Below, in pieces: positions 39,690 through 51,464 of a stretch of 64,000 bases of DNA (position 1 is the stretch's first letter; each line of letters opens with the position of its first letter). The stretch is from assembly GCA_030264375.1 (NCBI GenBank), contig JASCQW010000105.1, forward strand, positions 52,772,114 to 52,836,113. The letters are read 5' to 3'. The DNA comes from Carcharhinus longimanus (lineage: Eukaryota). The translations under genes were made by a program, and so were the position numbers. The notes under the pieces were generated by a model. It was not told where the DNA came from. It ran no database searches and saw only the letters and a program-made list of their open reading frames with translations.

Positions 39690-40198
39690 AGCAGCTCTCC
39701 AGTCCTGCAGTGATAGGATCTTAGTGGACAGAGGAAGACTGCCTGAAGGTGACAGAGCCCCAAGTCCTGGGGCTGGACAGAAAAGTAAGTTTTCAGGGTC
39801 TCAGGACATGGAGGGTAGAGAAGGTCTGCTTGTTTGGAAAGTGAGTGATTTGGATGCAGGGAAAGGCCAGCTACCACTGGGCCAGTTGAAGAGGGTCTTT
39901 TGATGGAGGCATCACCACCCCAACTACTTCTCAACCCAGAACCAAGTCCGATCTTTTCAGGCTTCTCCCATGCCTAGGATGTCCACCCGCCAGCCTAAAA
40001 TTAGAGACGGGGCAAAAAAATGGCCCTTAAGTGGCCAATTAAGGGCCTCAATTTGGCGCAAAGGGGTGGCTGTTCAAGGTTCTGGCCATCCTAGCATAAA
40101 ATCGCTGCAAGCTTGAGATGGGCAGGAAGCCATTTCCTTCTATTTCACATTCTTTACCTGCCTACAAACCCATCATGAGGAAGTGTGAAATTCAGACT
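39690..40198. mobile_element. GC-rich MITE-like dispersed repeat
   Basis: cccttaagtggccaattaagggcctcaatt core related to 45640-45690 and 2030-2075. Ends in gaaattcagac TIR-like motif. Confidence 0.5.
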
Positions 40199-40859
40199 AT
40201 GAAGTTTATGAGAAGAAAGCATATAACAACTGCACATACTGGCTCACGTACCTCTTCCTCCCTTATTCGAGGAAGGCTCAAGCTCAGAATAGCTGGGAGC
40301 CCTGAGATGGAACAGCACCCAGGTTCTCTGAGCATGACCTATAGATTCTGCCGCAGCAAATGCAGGCCACAGGAATATTCTGTTCCCCAAGGGCCCAGGC
40401 TACCTCTTAGGATCACCAAGACACACGTCGAGATGGCCAGCAGCTGAGAACCTGGATTCAGTGGCATAAGCACTTCAGTGATTTTCTGTACTTAAGAAGG
40501 CGAGTGGGATGTTCCTATTATACATGCAGTTTGCCCTTGATATACGAAGCATGCCTGGCTTTGGACGGACATAGGGTGCATGATGTTCAGCAGTGTGACA
40601 GCGGCCTGCGTCCATGGACAAGGCGCATCAAATGAAGTGCATGTAAATGAAGGATATTGAAGAAGAGATATTTGAGATATTGTGAAGGTAATTTTAAGTA
40701 ACATACACCTTGCTGAACTTGCACATTACCCTTTCCATCTTTCCCTTAAATGGCTGCCATTGCAACACTACTGCCTTATCTCTTCACTTAACGTTCCAGT
40801 TCATTTGCTGCTTTTCTGTCCTCAATTTTTTTAAATTTTAAATTCTTGTCTTGGACCCA

Positions 40860-41490
40860 CTCCTCTTCCACTCAAACTGAATATAGAAGTCAATCAGATA
40901 ATAATCACTGTTGCCTAAGGGTACCTTTCACTATAAGATCACTAATTAATCCAATCTTGTACGATACCAGGTTTAGTGCACCCTGTTCTCTGGTTGACTC
41001 CAAAATGTGCTGTTCGAAGAAACTATCCAGAAAACATTCTATGAACTTCTCTTCAATGCTATCTTTTCTTAGATGATTTTAACAGCCTATATGTTAATTA
41101 AAATCCCCCACGATTATCACTGTACATCTCTGACAATCTCGTGTTAGTTCTTCCTTTATACATTGTCATCACCTGTGGTTACTGTCATTGGGCCTTTATC
41201 GCACTCCCACACGTGACTCCTTGCCTTTATCATACCCACCTCAACCCAAACTGCTTCTACATCCTGGATCCCTGAACTTAAGCCATCTTTCTCTAATAGG
41301 CTAATGGCACCAGAGACATCCCTTCACTTTTTCCTAACTTCCTTTCCTTCCGAAATGTCACGTACCCTTCAATATTTAGGTATTAAACTATATCATCCTG
41401 CAGCCATGTCTCTGTAATGACCAGCAGATCACACTTATTTATCTCTATTGGCACTATTGGTTCATCTGCTTTGTTTCAAATGCTATGTGT
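40860..41490 (-). mobile_element. CR1 ORF2 endonuclease fragment
   Basis: Minus strand VIIVGDFN, FLDSFFEQHILESTREQGALNLV, DLIVKVPLGNSDY. Confidence 0.8.
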
Positions 41491-41569
41491 AATCAGTTAT
41501 AGAGGTGGGATCTTACCAAAAAATGGCGAAGTGTCAGAGGCTGACAGAAAATCAGTGTGTTTGGGAGAC

Positions 41570-41937
41570 TGGGTAGACTGGGGTTGTTCTCCCTGGAAAG
41601 TCGGAGAACGAGGGGAGACCTAATAAAGGTGTACAAAATTATGAAGGGTATAGATAGGTGAGTAGTAGGAAGCTATTTCCCAGGTCAGAGGTGACAATCA
41701 CAAGGGGTCACAGGCTCAAGGTGAGAAGGGCGAGGTATAACTCAGATATCAGAGGGACGTTTTTTTACAAAGAGGGAGTGGGGGAGGGGGGCGCTGGAAT
41801 GTGCTGCCAAGTAGGGTGANNNNNNNNNNNNNNNNNNNNNNNNNNNNNNNNNNNNNNNNNTGATCTTATTGGATGGCGGGGCAGGCTCGAAGGGCTAGAT
41901 GGCCTACTCCTGCTCCCATTTCTTATGTTCTTATGTT
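41570..41937 (+). mobile_element. Young CR1 3' end with gap
   Basis: RGDLIKVYKIMKGID, GHRLKVR, tail gatggcctactcctgctccc...(ttatgttc)n. Confidence 0.85.
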
Positions 41938-42844
41938 CGCAACTCTCCTGCCCCTGCCCTCCACCCCACTTGCGATCTACCTGCACTCCCCACCCATTCC
42001 CCTCCCCCAAGTGACTAATGCTGATATCCCCAGCAACTGTTATCGCTGGTATCTTCTCCCCTCTCCCGTCAACAGTCATCACCAGCTTCTCCACCCCTTT
42101 TCTCCCCTCCACAACTGCACACACATGCTGCCTCTCCCCTGCAGTGCTCCCTTGACCTGCCCCGCGAATGAGGCTCCGACTTGAGTCTGGCTCCAGTACT
42201 GCCAGGTTGACACAACCTGTACCGGGGACAGTACCCAGGTACGTCCTTCTCCCACAGGGGCTAACCTGCCCCCAGAGGGATCTCCATACATGTTCATGTT
42301 TGGATGAACCTGTTATAAACCTCGCCAATGTGACATCACATCAGCAAGGTTTGAAAATACGGCTGAGGAGGAACTATGACGAGGGAGGTGAATGATATTA
42401 AAATTTACTAAAATACATTTAAATGAGACTCTCACCTTTTATGGGCATGCACCTCATTACATCACCAGTGAGGGGTGGGAAAAATCATGGACTGCAATCT
42501 CTCCAGAGATTCTATCCAGGTTTTCAGCCCATCTCACTGTTCTCTCTGACAGCAAACGTGGGCTAAATATAACCGTCACAGCTTTAAGTTTTGTCCTTTT
42601 ATTATCCACGAGTCTCAGCTGTTGATTTACTCTTCAAATTGTGCTCCCTAACCACGAAACCACTCTCTATTCTGCTAGGAATTTGAAGCAGAGTGAATGT
42701 GACACGTAATTGGGCAAAATGAAGATTGAGAAGTGAATAGTAATTAGCTGTTCCAATTATTTTCACTTTTTTTTTCATGGAATAAGGCTAATATCAGGAA
42801 GGTCACATTCAATGTGAATTTGGAAACATGAAGTTATAGGAGGT

Positions 42845-43095
42845 CATGAACATAAGAACATAAGAAATAGGAGCAGGAGTAGGCCATCTAGCCCTTCGAG
42901 CCTGCCCCGCCATTCAATAAGNNNNNNNNNNNNNNNNNNNNNNNNNNNNNNNNNNNNNNNNNNNNNNNNNNNNNNNNNNNNNNNNNNNNNNNNNNNNNNN
43001 NNNNNNNNNNNNNNNNNNNNNATCCAGCGACGTTTGGAACATAACCACCAAGGCATCCACTATCACCTCCGCCATTTCTTTCAGAATCCTCGGAT
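42845..43095 (-). mobile_element. Young 5'-truncated CR1, interior in 100-N gap
   Basis: (aagaacat)n tail. Right flank PRILKEMAEVIVDALVVMFQTSL. Confidence 0.9.
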
Positions 43096-43890
43096 TAGGT
43101 GAATGGACAAATCAATGGAAAACTAAGTTCAATCCAGGCCAGTGTGCAGTTAACCACTTTGTACTGAAGAAGGATCATTTAAAATGTTTTCAAAAATGAT
43201 GAGAAATTAAGAACTATAGAGCAGCAAAAATATTTGGGAGTCTAAGTGCGTTAATTATTTAAAGCTAAAAATGTGCACAAAACGCAAATAAAACGGTTGA
43301 TGGAATATTGGTCTTGATCTTAAGGGAACAGAAATACAATGTGAGGAAGTGATGCTTTATTTGTCCACAGCTTTGGTCAGGCCCAATCTGGAGTACTGTA
43401 TTCAGTTTTGAGCACCAACTCTCAAGATTAATTTGATGGCCTCAGTAGGGTGGTGGTGCAAATACACCAGAATGGTATTGGGTCATAAAGAATTAAGGGG
43501 ACATGAGGGTTAGGAGGAGAGATTGTACAGACTTGGCCAGCACTTTCTTGAGATTACAGTATCTGGTGAGTAGTCTAATTGAATGGCTTAAATATTAAAT
43601 GGGTTTGAAAAGGAGAAATTATTTCTCTGGTGGTGGAATCAGGAACACAATCTTAAAATTCAGTGGCAAAGTATGAAGAATAGTAGAAGATGGAATTATC
43701 TTGCTCAGAAGACTACTGAGACAACTGAAACATTCAAGACTGATACTGATATAATTTCTTTAGGTAAGGGGGTCAGGATATGCAACAAAGGTGGATACAC
43801 GGAGTTGGAAGTGCAGATTGGCCGTGGTCCAATTGAATGGAGAAGCAGTCTTGCGGGACTGAGTAGTTTATTCCAGTTTCCAATATCTTG
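43096..43890 (+). mobile_element. Old CR1 RT-to-3' fragment
   Basis: ALVRPNLEYCIQF, WNYL, 3' tail attgaatggagaagcag. Confidence 0.75.
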
Positions 43891-45066
43891 TGGGCCACCT
43901 CTGACCTTTCTCAACTTCACTTTGTAGCTGATTGCTACTGCACTGAAATGGATGCCAAACCTAGCAAAGTAAAGCTAGCCTCCTGGATGTAGTTCCAAGT
44001 CAGTAAGTAAACTTCAGAATTAAATTATGCCCGTTTTGTATTAGTGTAAATAGAGTGGTGAGAATTTCAAGTAACCTGAGAAATATTATATACCTTTCTG
44101 TTAACTCAAAAGGGTTAAGGATCATCAATAGTAACTTTTACTTCCAGTTGACTCAGATACATGCAACTTGACTGGCCCAAGAGCAAGCTCAGGGGCCTCT
44201 TCCAGAAAATCTCTTAATTTTATCTGTATGATGAGTGAAGTTAGAAAAAGGAAAAGCATAGCAAGATTGACAGAAAGATCAAAAAAAGCAATAAGAAAGT
44301 TATAGAAATGAAGAGAAAGAAAATGCACAGGCTAGAAAAATAAGCCTGTAAGGATTATAAGAGAGATGGAGATGCAACAATAAAAATGTATGAGAATTTT
44401 CTAAAATAAAAAATGATACCCCAGGGCTGTTCTTTAGTGAGATCTAAGCAACAACTGAATTAATGAATTGTCATGTCTTAATATAAATGCAGATATTATT
44501 CTATAAAGAATTACAAAACCTACCAAGAGCACTTATGTTGCTAATTAGCCACTTTCTGTATAGGAGGAGTGCTTCCTGGCTTGGCAAAAATCATGATATT
44601 CACATGGATTAATTATGATTCTTTTATATTTCATTAATCAAAATATTTAAGCAGAAAGCTGCGGCTTTAGGGCACATTTGTAATAATTAGGATTCTGGGT
44701 TACTGTATTAATTGAAACACGCAGACATGGGCTAAATGGATGTAAAACTGATAAACATTGAGTGAAGTAAATTGAACTTTAGCTATCACTTCAATGCAAA
44801 CCTTGGAATTATGTCAACAGACTTAAACTTCATCGCCCTGGAGTCAGTGGTGTGGGAATCAGTTGGTTAAATTAAGTAACAATATCAATGGAATGTGATA
44901 AACAAAATAATACAGTATGTCACTGGAGATGTTGTCATTATACTTGAAGATCAGAAATAGCCAGGAGTTAGTTATACCAAGCAATGGTCAAGTATTCATA
45001 TTAATAACCAGTTAGTTTTCACAAATATTGCAAAGACATTTTAATTATTTTTTTAAAAGTTCCTTG

Positions 45067-45875
45067 GGCTAGATTTTATAAGGCACTACAATCCCCTCCT
45101 CCCAGCTAAACAGCCGGTGGGGAGCCCACCATGCTCCTGAAGGCTACCTTGCAGCAATTTAATGCTGGAAGCAGTGATAATTGCTTTAAGGCAAAACTTC
45201 CACGCCTTTCTTTGAAAGAAGTTGAGCCTTATGAGAGTTTCAGGCTAACTGGATTGGCTGGCAGTTCTGCAGTTCCACCAACACCAGCCAAAGTGCTGGC
45301 AGCTCCTGAGACTACATGTAGTTCCAACATGCTGAGGAATCCAACTAAGTCCAGGGCCAGACTGAAGAGGGAGAACAGCCAACATCGTCCAGCCACATTG
45401 TCACTCCACCACACAGAATGCTCTGACCCCTACAATATCACCTTTGTCCCTATACACTTACAAATGCGACATATACATGGTGGAGCTTCGGGTACTTGGG
45501 GCTGGATTTTACCCTCCTTTTGCACTAGGTTTGAATGGTGGAAAGCACATAAAATGCAGCAGGTAGCCTTCTTTTTTTTACCCACCTGCAACTAACTTAT
45601 CTGAAGTTTTAAGGGAGGTGTGTGTGGCCTGCCCACCTTTGGCCTATTGAGGCCCTCAAGTGACTATTAATGGCCATTTAAGTGCCTCGCCCTGTTACTG
45701 CCAGTATTTTACCCACGGTGGGGGAGGTCAAGCCATTTCGGTAGACCAACAGTTCTGGCAGAGTCATCTGATGTCAGGCAAGGGAGTTTGGGGACCACCT
45801 TTGCAGGCCCCCTGGAACCATTGGAGCAACACCCCTCTTTAACTCTACTTCTTGCCATCTTGAATTTGGCCCCCA
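45067..45875. mobile_element. Cluster of MITE-like TIR elements
   Basis: Starts gggctagatttt (45067) and ggggctggatttt (45499). Internal motifs shared with 1924-2546 and 39690-40198. Confidence 0.5.
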
Positions 45876-46964
45876 ACCCCTGAGTCTCCGCTATGTATAG
45901 GTTGCGCTCATAAGTGTGTAGGGACAAAGGTGATGATATTATAGGGGTCAAAGCATTCTATGTGGTGGAGTGACAACGTGGCTGGATGATGTTGGCTTTA
46001 GCTATCCCAGTGTTTAACCCCAAATAAGTGTTACTATTTTGAGGGACAATGTTGGGAGATGAGTGGGGAAGACAGGGAGGAAATTAATATTTCAAACTCA
46101 ATTCCTCACCACTCCAAAACCCTACCCTCATAGAAGTAACAGCTCATACAAGATCAAACTCAAATATCTGACAGTAAATTGGCAGTGTAGGAGATGGTGC
46201 AAATGCTGAGCTGTATGTTACTGGTGTACGTGAGGTCTCTAGCTCTGTATCTATAAATGGTGTCAGCTGAGGAGGAGGATGAAGCAATTGTAGCTTTGGT
46301 TTCAAAAGCTTACCCCACACAAAAAGGTATGTTTACCTTCAACTCTAGCATTAGCATTTTTATACTTGCAGAACATTGCATTTTATTCCAATGGAGCAAC
46401 AAAAAATATTATGATTGTCTTTAATTTGCTAGCTTACTAAGAAAAATCATGAACCAATGATTAACGTGCATCAATCTACATTGAAATTATCTATTCTAAA
46501 GTACAATTTAAGCTTTCAAATGGTTCTGGGCTATGAATTAATATATTGAATCACCTAGCATGATCTTTCACACCAGGAGGGAGTGTAATTGCTCAGCAGT
46601 AATGTCTTGTTAGTCAACCAGACCTGCCGTGCTTGCAAGTTTTAGGTCTCCTAACAGCATGCTAGGGGACATAATCTCTGCCATGATATGTTGAGTCACT
46701 TACATTATTTAATAATGGACAATTAGTATGTTAAAAAAAAGTGTTTTGATCACCAAATGTTTCGCTGGTATCTCAAGGAAATCCAGGGAGTTGGATAGTT
46801 AAGAAAAGGATATCTTAAACTTTTCAGACTTTGCCTCACCTTCTGCACTTTGTGGTAGTCTTTCAATCAGCCATTACATTTTTGATAAGCAGGGTACGTA
46901 CAAGGTACTTATTAACCCTGGTAAAATGTTAGACAGACTGCAGTGCAGCATTATACCTGAGGAA

Positions 46965-47315
46965 ACAGAGTCATCGAGGCTTACAGCAAGGAAACAGGCC
47001 AATTTGTCCACGCCGCCCTTTCTTTTAAAACTACCAAGCTAGTACCAATTGCCTGCATTTGGCCCATATCCCTCTATACCCATCTTACCCATGTAATTGT
47101 CTAAATGCTTTTTAAAATATAAAATTGTACCTCCTTCTACTACGATTGCTGGTAGCTTATTCCAGACATTCACCACCTCTGTGCGAAAAAATTGCCCTTC
47201 TGGACCCTTTTGTATCTCTCCCCTCTGACCTTAAACCTATGCCCTTTAATTTTAGACTCCCCTACCTTTGGGAAAATATATTGACTACCTAGTTGATCTA
47301 TGCCCCTCATTATTT
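46965..47315 (-). mobile_element. CR1 3' end
   Basis: Minus strand GHRFKVRGERYK..QKGNFFAQRVVNVWNKLP. Confidence 0.85.
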
Positions 47316-48865
47316 TATGGACATAGCAACAGGAGTAAGGCATTCAGATCATCTAAGCAATTTTCACCATTTACTTAGATCACAGAGTGTCAGAATCCCA
47401 CTATCCATGCTGTGTGTTCTTTTGCTGTTGGAAAAAGGGACATCTGAAGGAAAAGGTGAAACTTGTAAAATTAGGAAGCCAGAATCAACTGACATTTTTA
47501 GTATGGATAAAGGATTATTTTTGTCAGTGTTTCTGTTCAGAATAGAAATGAGGATCAGCTCAGAAAGTAATAAATGTTCATCACTACCCTTTCCTCATTT
47601 GTTAAAATTCAACACCACCACATGGGGGTATACACAAGCGGCTGTGTTACCTGACTAATAATCCAGGAAGTACACATCCATAACGGCAGTTCGAGAATTT
47701 GAATTCAGTTCTAAAAAATATCTGGAAGTAAAAAATAAACTGGTACCTCTAAAACTAAAGATGCAAGTGACTCCTTGCATCAAATTATTGAGTGCAGTGA
47801 ACACAACAAATGCTATAGTCCCTGGAAACATCCTGGCTGAAGGCATGTGATGTGTTCTAGAATTAGCGGCACCTCTTGCTGAACTGTCCCATCCAGCTAT
47901 AATACTGGCATCTACCCAACAATATGGAAAATTGTCCGAGAATGGATGGCCACATAAAGTAAGTTAATTGCAAACAGAGCACTGCCCCATCAGCTTCCTC
48001 CCAATTGTTGGCAAAGTGATGAGAAAAACGTCGTCAATAGTGGCATTAAGCATCACTTACTCACCAATAATCTTTGGATGAATATTGTTTACATTGAATA
48101 ATTTCACTTTAAATCTAAGAATTTCAGTTAATAAACATATAGAAGAATGTAGTCATTTGTTATGTGTTTAAATGATTGATGTATTGCTTTAAGAGCTGAT
48201 CACATGATTTGAAAGTGATGTCATTAGGGTGTTTCACAGGTTGATGTTTAATTCAGTTTCTGTTCTGTGCAGAGACCATCTCTTTCAATCAGTCTGCTGT
48301 GAATTACTTTTAGTTTTTGTTTAAAACCACAACCCCTAAAATAGAAAACTGGCAACAGGCTGGGATTTTGTTTCATTGAGAAAAGATCCGAAATGGAAGA
48401 AAAAATATTGTGGGTTGTCACATTTCAAAAGTTAGAAAGCCTGGGAAATACAACAGGATTAAAGATTGAAATGTCAGTGCAGGAAGACCAAGTATGAAGA
48501 AAGCTCTCTGTGTGGTTTTAAATTGTATTACACAAAAATAATTTACAACATGGAAGAAAAGACTTATGAATGTGAAGAGAATGTCCAGAAATATGATGAA
48601 AAGCTCCAACTGAATGTCTTATCCAAAGAGTGAATCACGTAGATTCTGGGTGATTCTGAAATTAAGTGCACAACTATTAGGATGGAGATTGATAATGGTG
48701 CTGCTGTATCTTTAATTTCTGTGATTATTGCTGTAATCTTGCTGCTGTTTACTCTGGCAGAATCTTATGGTTTGCCAGTGGTGGGCTGCGTTCAACAGGA
48801 AACCCCATTGACGATGGTGAGAGGGACCATTACATCCCAGTGACAGCAAGAAGGGTGCCATCCAT

Positions 48866-49097
48866 CAGAGAATCACTATAGTGCAGAAGGCGGCCATTCA
48901 GGCCATCGAGCCTGCACCAATAACAATCCCACCCAGGCTCTATCCCCATAATGCCTGTATTTACCCTGCTAATGCTCCTGACACTATGGGGCAATTTAGC
49001 ATAGCCAATCCATGGAACCTGCACATCTTTGGAGTGCGGGAGGAAACTGGAGCACCCGGAGGAAGCCCACACATTCACAGAAAGAATGTGCAAACTC
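48866..49097 (-). mobile_element. HE1 / V-SINE nested in Gypsy (head in gap)
   Basis: ggccattcaggccatcgag tail and ggagcacccggaggaagccc V-domain reverse complement. Confidence 0.88.
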
Positions 49098-49564
49098 NNN
49101 NNNNNNNNNNNNNNNNNNNNNNNNNNNNNNNNNNNNNNNNNNNNNNNNNNNNNNNNNNNNNNNNNNNNNNNNNNNNNNNNNNNNNNNNNNNNNNNNNTAT
49201 GATTTTAAGGACATATATGAAAGAGATTGTGCCATTATGTTACATCATGGTCAACAGAGAGTTGAGTGGACAAACAGCAGAGTTGCCTCTCCATGTGGTT
49301 CAAATTAACTTTCCAGTTCTATGTGGAAGATCGTAGTTGGAGAAGATAAAACTGGAGTGCTGTCAACAGATTGGTCAATGTCAAAACAGACCTACAGCAC
49401 CTTCTTGATAAATACAAAAGTGAATTTGAAGAGACACTTACCCAATGAAGGGAGATCAAGTGAAACTCAAGATAAAGCCTGATAGTAAACCAAAAAGTCT
49501 CAAAGCAAGAACAGCAATTCATCCCAAAGTCGTAGAAGAATTAGGACAACTTATTAACACTGGT

Positions 49565-49806
49565 TTGATTTGATTTATTATTGTCACATGTATTGGTATA
49601 CAGTGAAAAGTACTGTTTCTTGTTGGATATACAATTCATAGACCATTCATAGAGTACATAGGAGAGAAAAAGAGGGTGTGAAATGGCAGAAAGTAGAAGA
49701 GACAATGTGCGGGGTGCATGGGATCTTTGATTATGCTGGTTGCTTTTTTGAGGCAGCAGAAAATGTAGACAGAGTCAATGGATAGGAGGCTGGTTTGCGT
49801 AATGGA
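49565..49806 (-). mobile_element. Rex1-like LINE 3' end nested in Gypsy RT
   Basis: Highly similar to 19985-20360. Flanked by TGGT at 49561-49564 and 49807-49810. Confidence 0.8.
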
Positions 49807-51174
49807 TGGTGTGTTAGAACTAGTTATAATGAGCGACTGGGCTACCCGCATTGTACCTGTCACAAAATCAAATGGTTCAGTTCATATTTTAAAATGACCA
49901 TAAGACCTGTATTGTGTGATCAATAAGCACTGCTTTAACTGAAGATTTGTTTGCAGGGTTATCAATGGGCAGGTTTTATGTTTCCAAGTTTCATTTTCTA
50001 TTGGTCAACACTGGAAAGTTTATAGAAAATTATGGTTATAGTTTGTCAACAAACTTGATTTAAATGTTGACAAAGATGGTAAAAAGAAAGAACAAGGAAA
50101 CACAAGTGTGATTAAATATTTCATAAATGTTAAAGTTGCAATGGGGAAACCAGTAATGAGAATGATAAGTCTTCAGAACATTATTACCAGATTCAGAAGG
50201 AAAACCACTGTCCACAGAGGTGCCTTCAATAAGTTCACCTTGCATAAATGAATAGCTATTTTGCATACAGATTCTGTTTTGAATATAGAACAGCTTCAGG
50301 TCACTATGCTTTCTAACAAGATTGGCAGTTTGTCATCTAAACTACCATTTTACTTTTTTAAAAAGTATTTTTCTAAACTTCAGCTATTCCGCCCTGATAT
50401 TGTCAATCTAATTTATTTAGATGACATACTTTACTTTTAGTTTTAAGAGCATTTGGGGGATCAGAGTCAAATTTTCAATTGGGCTATTTCAACCTCATCC
50501 ACTCTCAGGCATTCTGCAATTAAAATATACACAGAGACTCTCTCTGAATGTAAACTTGTGCAAATTAATTTCAAAAAATGTCAGTCCATATAAAATTACA
50601 GTGACATCAGCATTGAATAATAAATGTCAAAATGTGTTAAACATTTAAATAGAGCAGAGATTCAAAAGATGTCCTGAAAGACGCAGTCATCTATTGAATT
50701 GAAACACGCAGCAGTGTTTCTTCTCCACCTGAATGATCATCATTACCTTTGTTTTGTGGCCTGAAGGCTAAAATTCCACTTGCTTGGTTTTTTTTGCATG
50801 CTGTAACCCTGATGAAACTATATTTATCAGATAGCTTTTTTATTTGGAGGAGGATATGAAACACATTTGATTGACTGGCCAATTCTGACCACCAGAAGAT
50901 GATATAAAATTACCTGCACCTCTGATTACACCTTTAAAATGTAATCTAGGCTGAACGGGTAACAATGTATTTTACAGCACAGTACAAATTCAAGTCTGTT
51001 GTGCATAATTTTTTGGGCCCTGTGGTAGCAGATAAACTTGATGGCAGCAAGAATATTTTACTTTCATTCATACTGTCCTATATGAACATGTATAGTGGCA
51101 AAACTACTTTCTTTAAACCTGATCCAAGCATGTATGTCTTTCAGATATGTGCTTCTTCAATCTCACTGATGGCA

Positions 51175-51440
51175 AACATAAGAACATAAGAAATAGGAGC
51201 AGGAGTAGGCCATCTAGCCCTTCGAGCCTGCCCCGCCATTCAATAAGNNNNNNNNNNNNNNNNNNNNNNNNNNNNNNNNNNNNNNNNNNNNNNNNNNNNN
51301 NNNNNNNNNNNNNNNNNNNNNNNNNNNNNNNNNNNNNNNNNNNNNNNCCTCTTGTAGGCTTATCCACATACTGTGTCAAGAAACCCTCCTGAACACACCT
51401 AACAAACTCCTCCCCATCTAAACCTCTTACCCTAGGGAGA
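51175..51440 (-). mobile_element. Young CR1, long interior collapsed into 100-N gap
   Basis: (aagaacat)n tail. Right flank EEFVRCVQEGFLTQYVDKPTR (endonuclease region). Confidence 0.88.
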
Positions 51441-51464
51441 TGTATGGATAATATTTGTGAGTTG

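Larger units (their letters stand above)
48158..49975 (+). mobile_element. Decayed Gypsy/Ty3 LTR retrotransposon (LTR, PBS-like, protease, RT N-terminus) with nested insertions
   Basis: tgttatg LTR-like start, actggcaacagg PBS-like at ~48348, MEIDNGAAVSLIS protease, LRTYMKEIVP, ELPLHVV..FPVLCGR, SDWATRIVPVTKSNGSVHI, EDLFAGL. Confidence 0.8.

Noticed and set aside
41765-42328. 187-aa ORF, the longest in the track
   Set aside because: Chimeric read-through of a C-rich repeat, a CR1 tail and an N gap, with no protein-like motif.
45131-45595. 154-aa plus-strand ORF
   Set aside because: Spans MITE-like repeats, with no recognisable domain or splice context.
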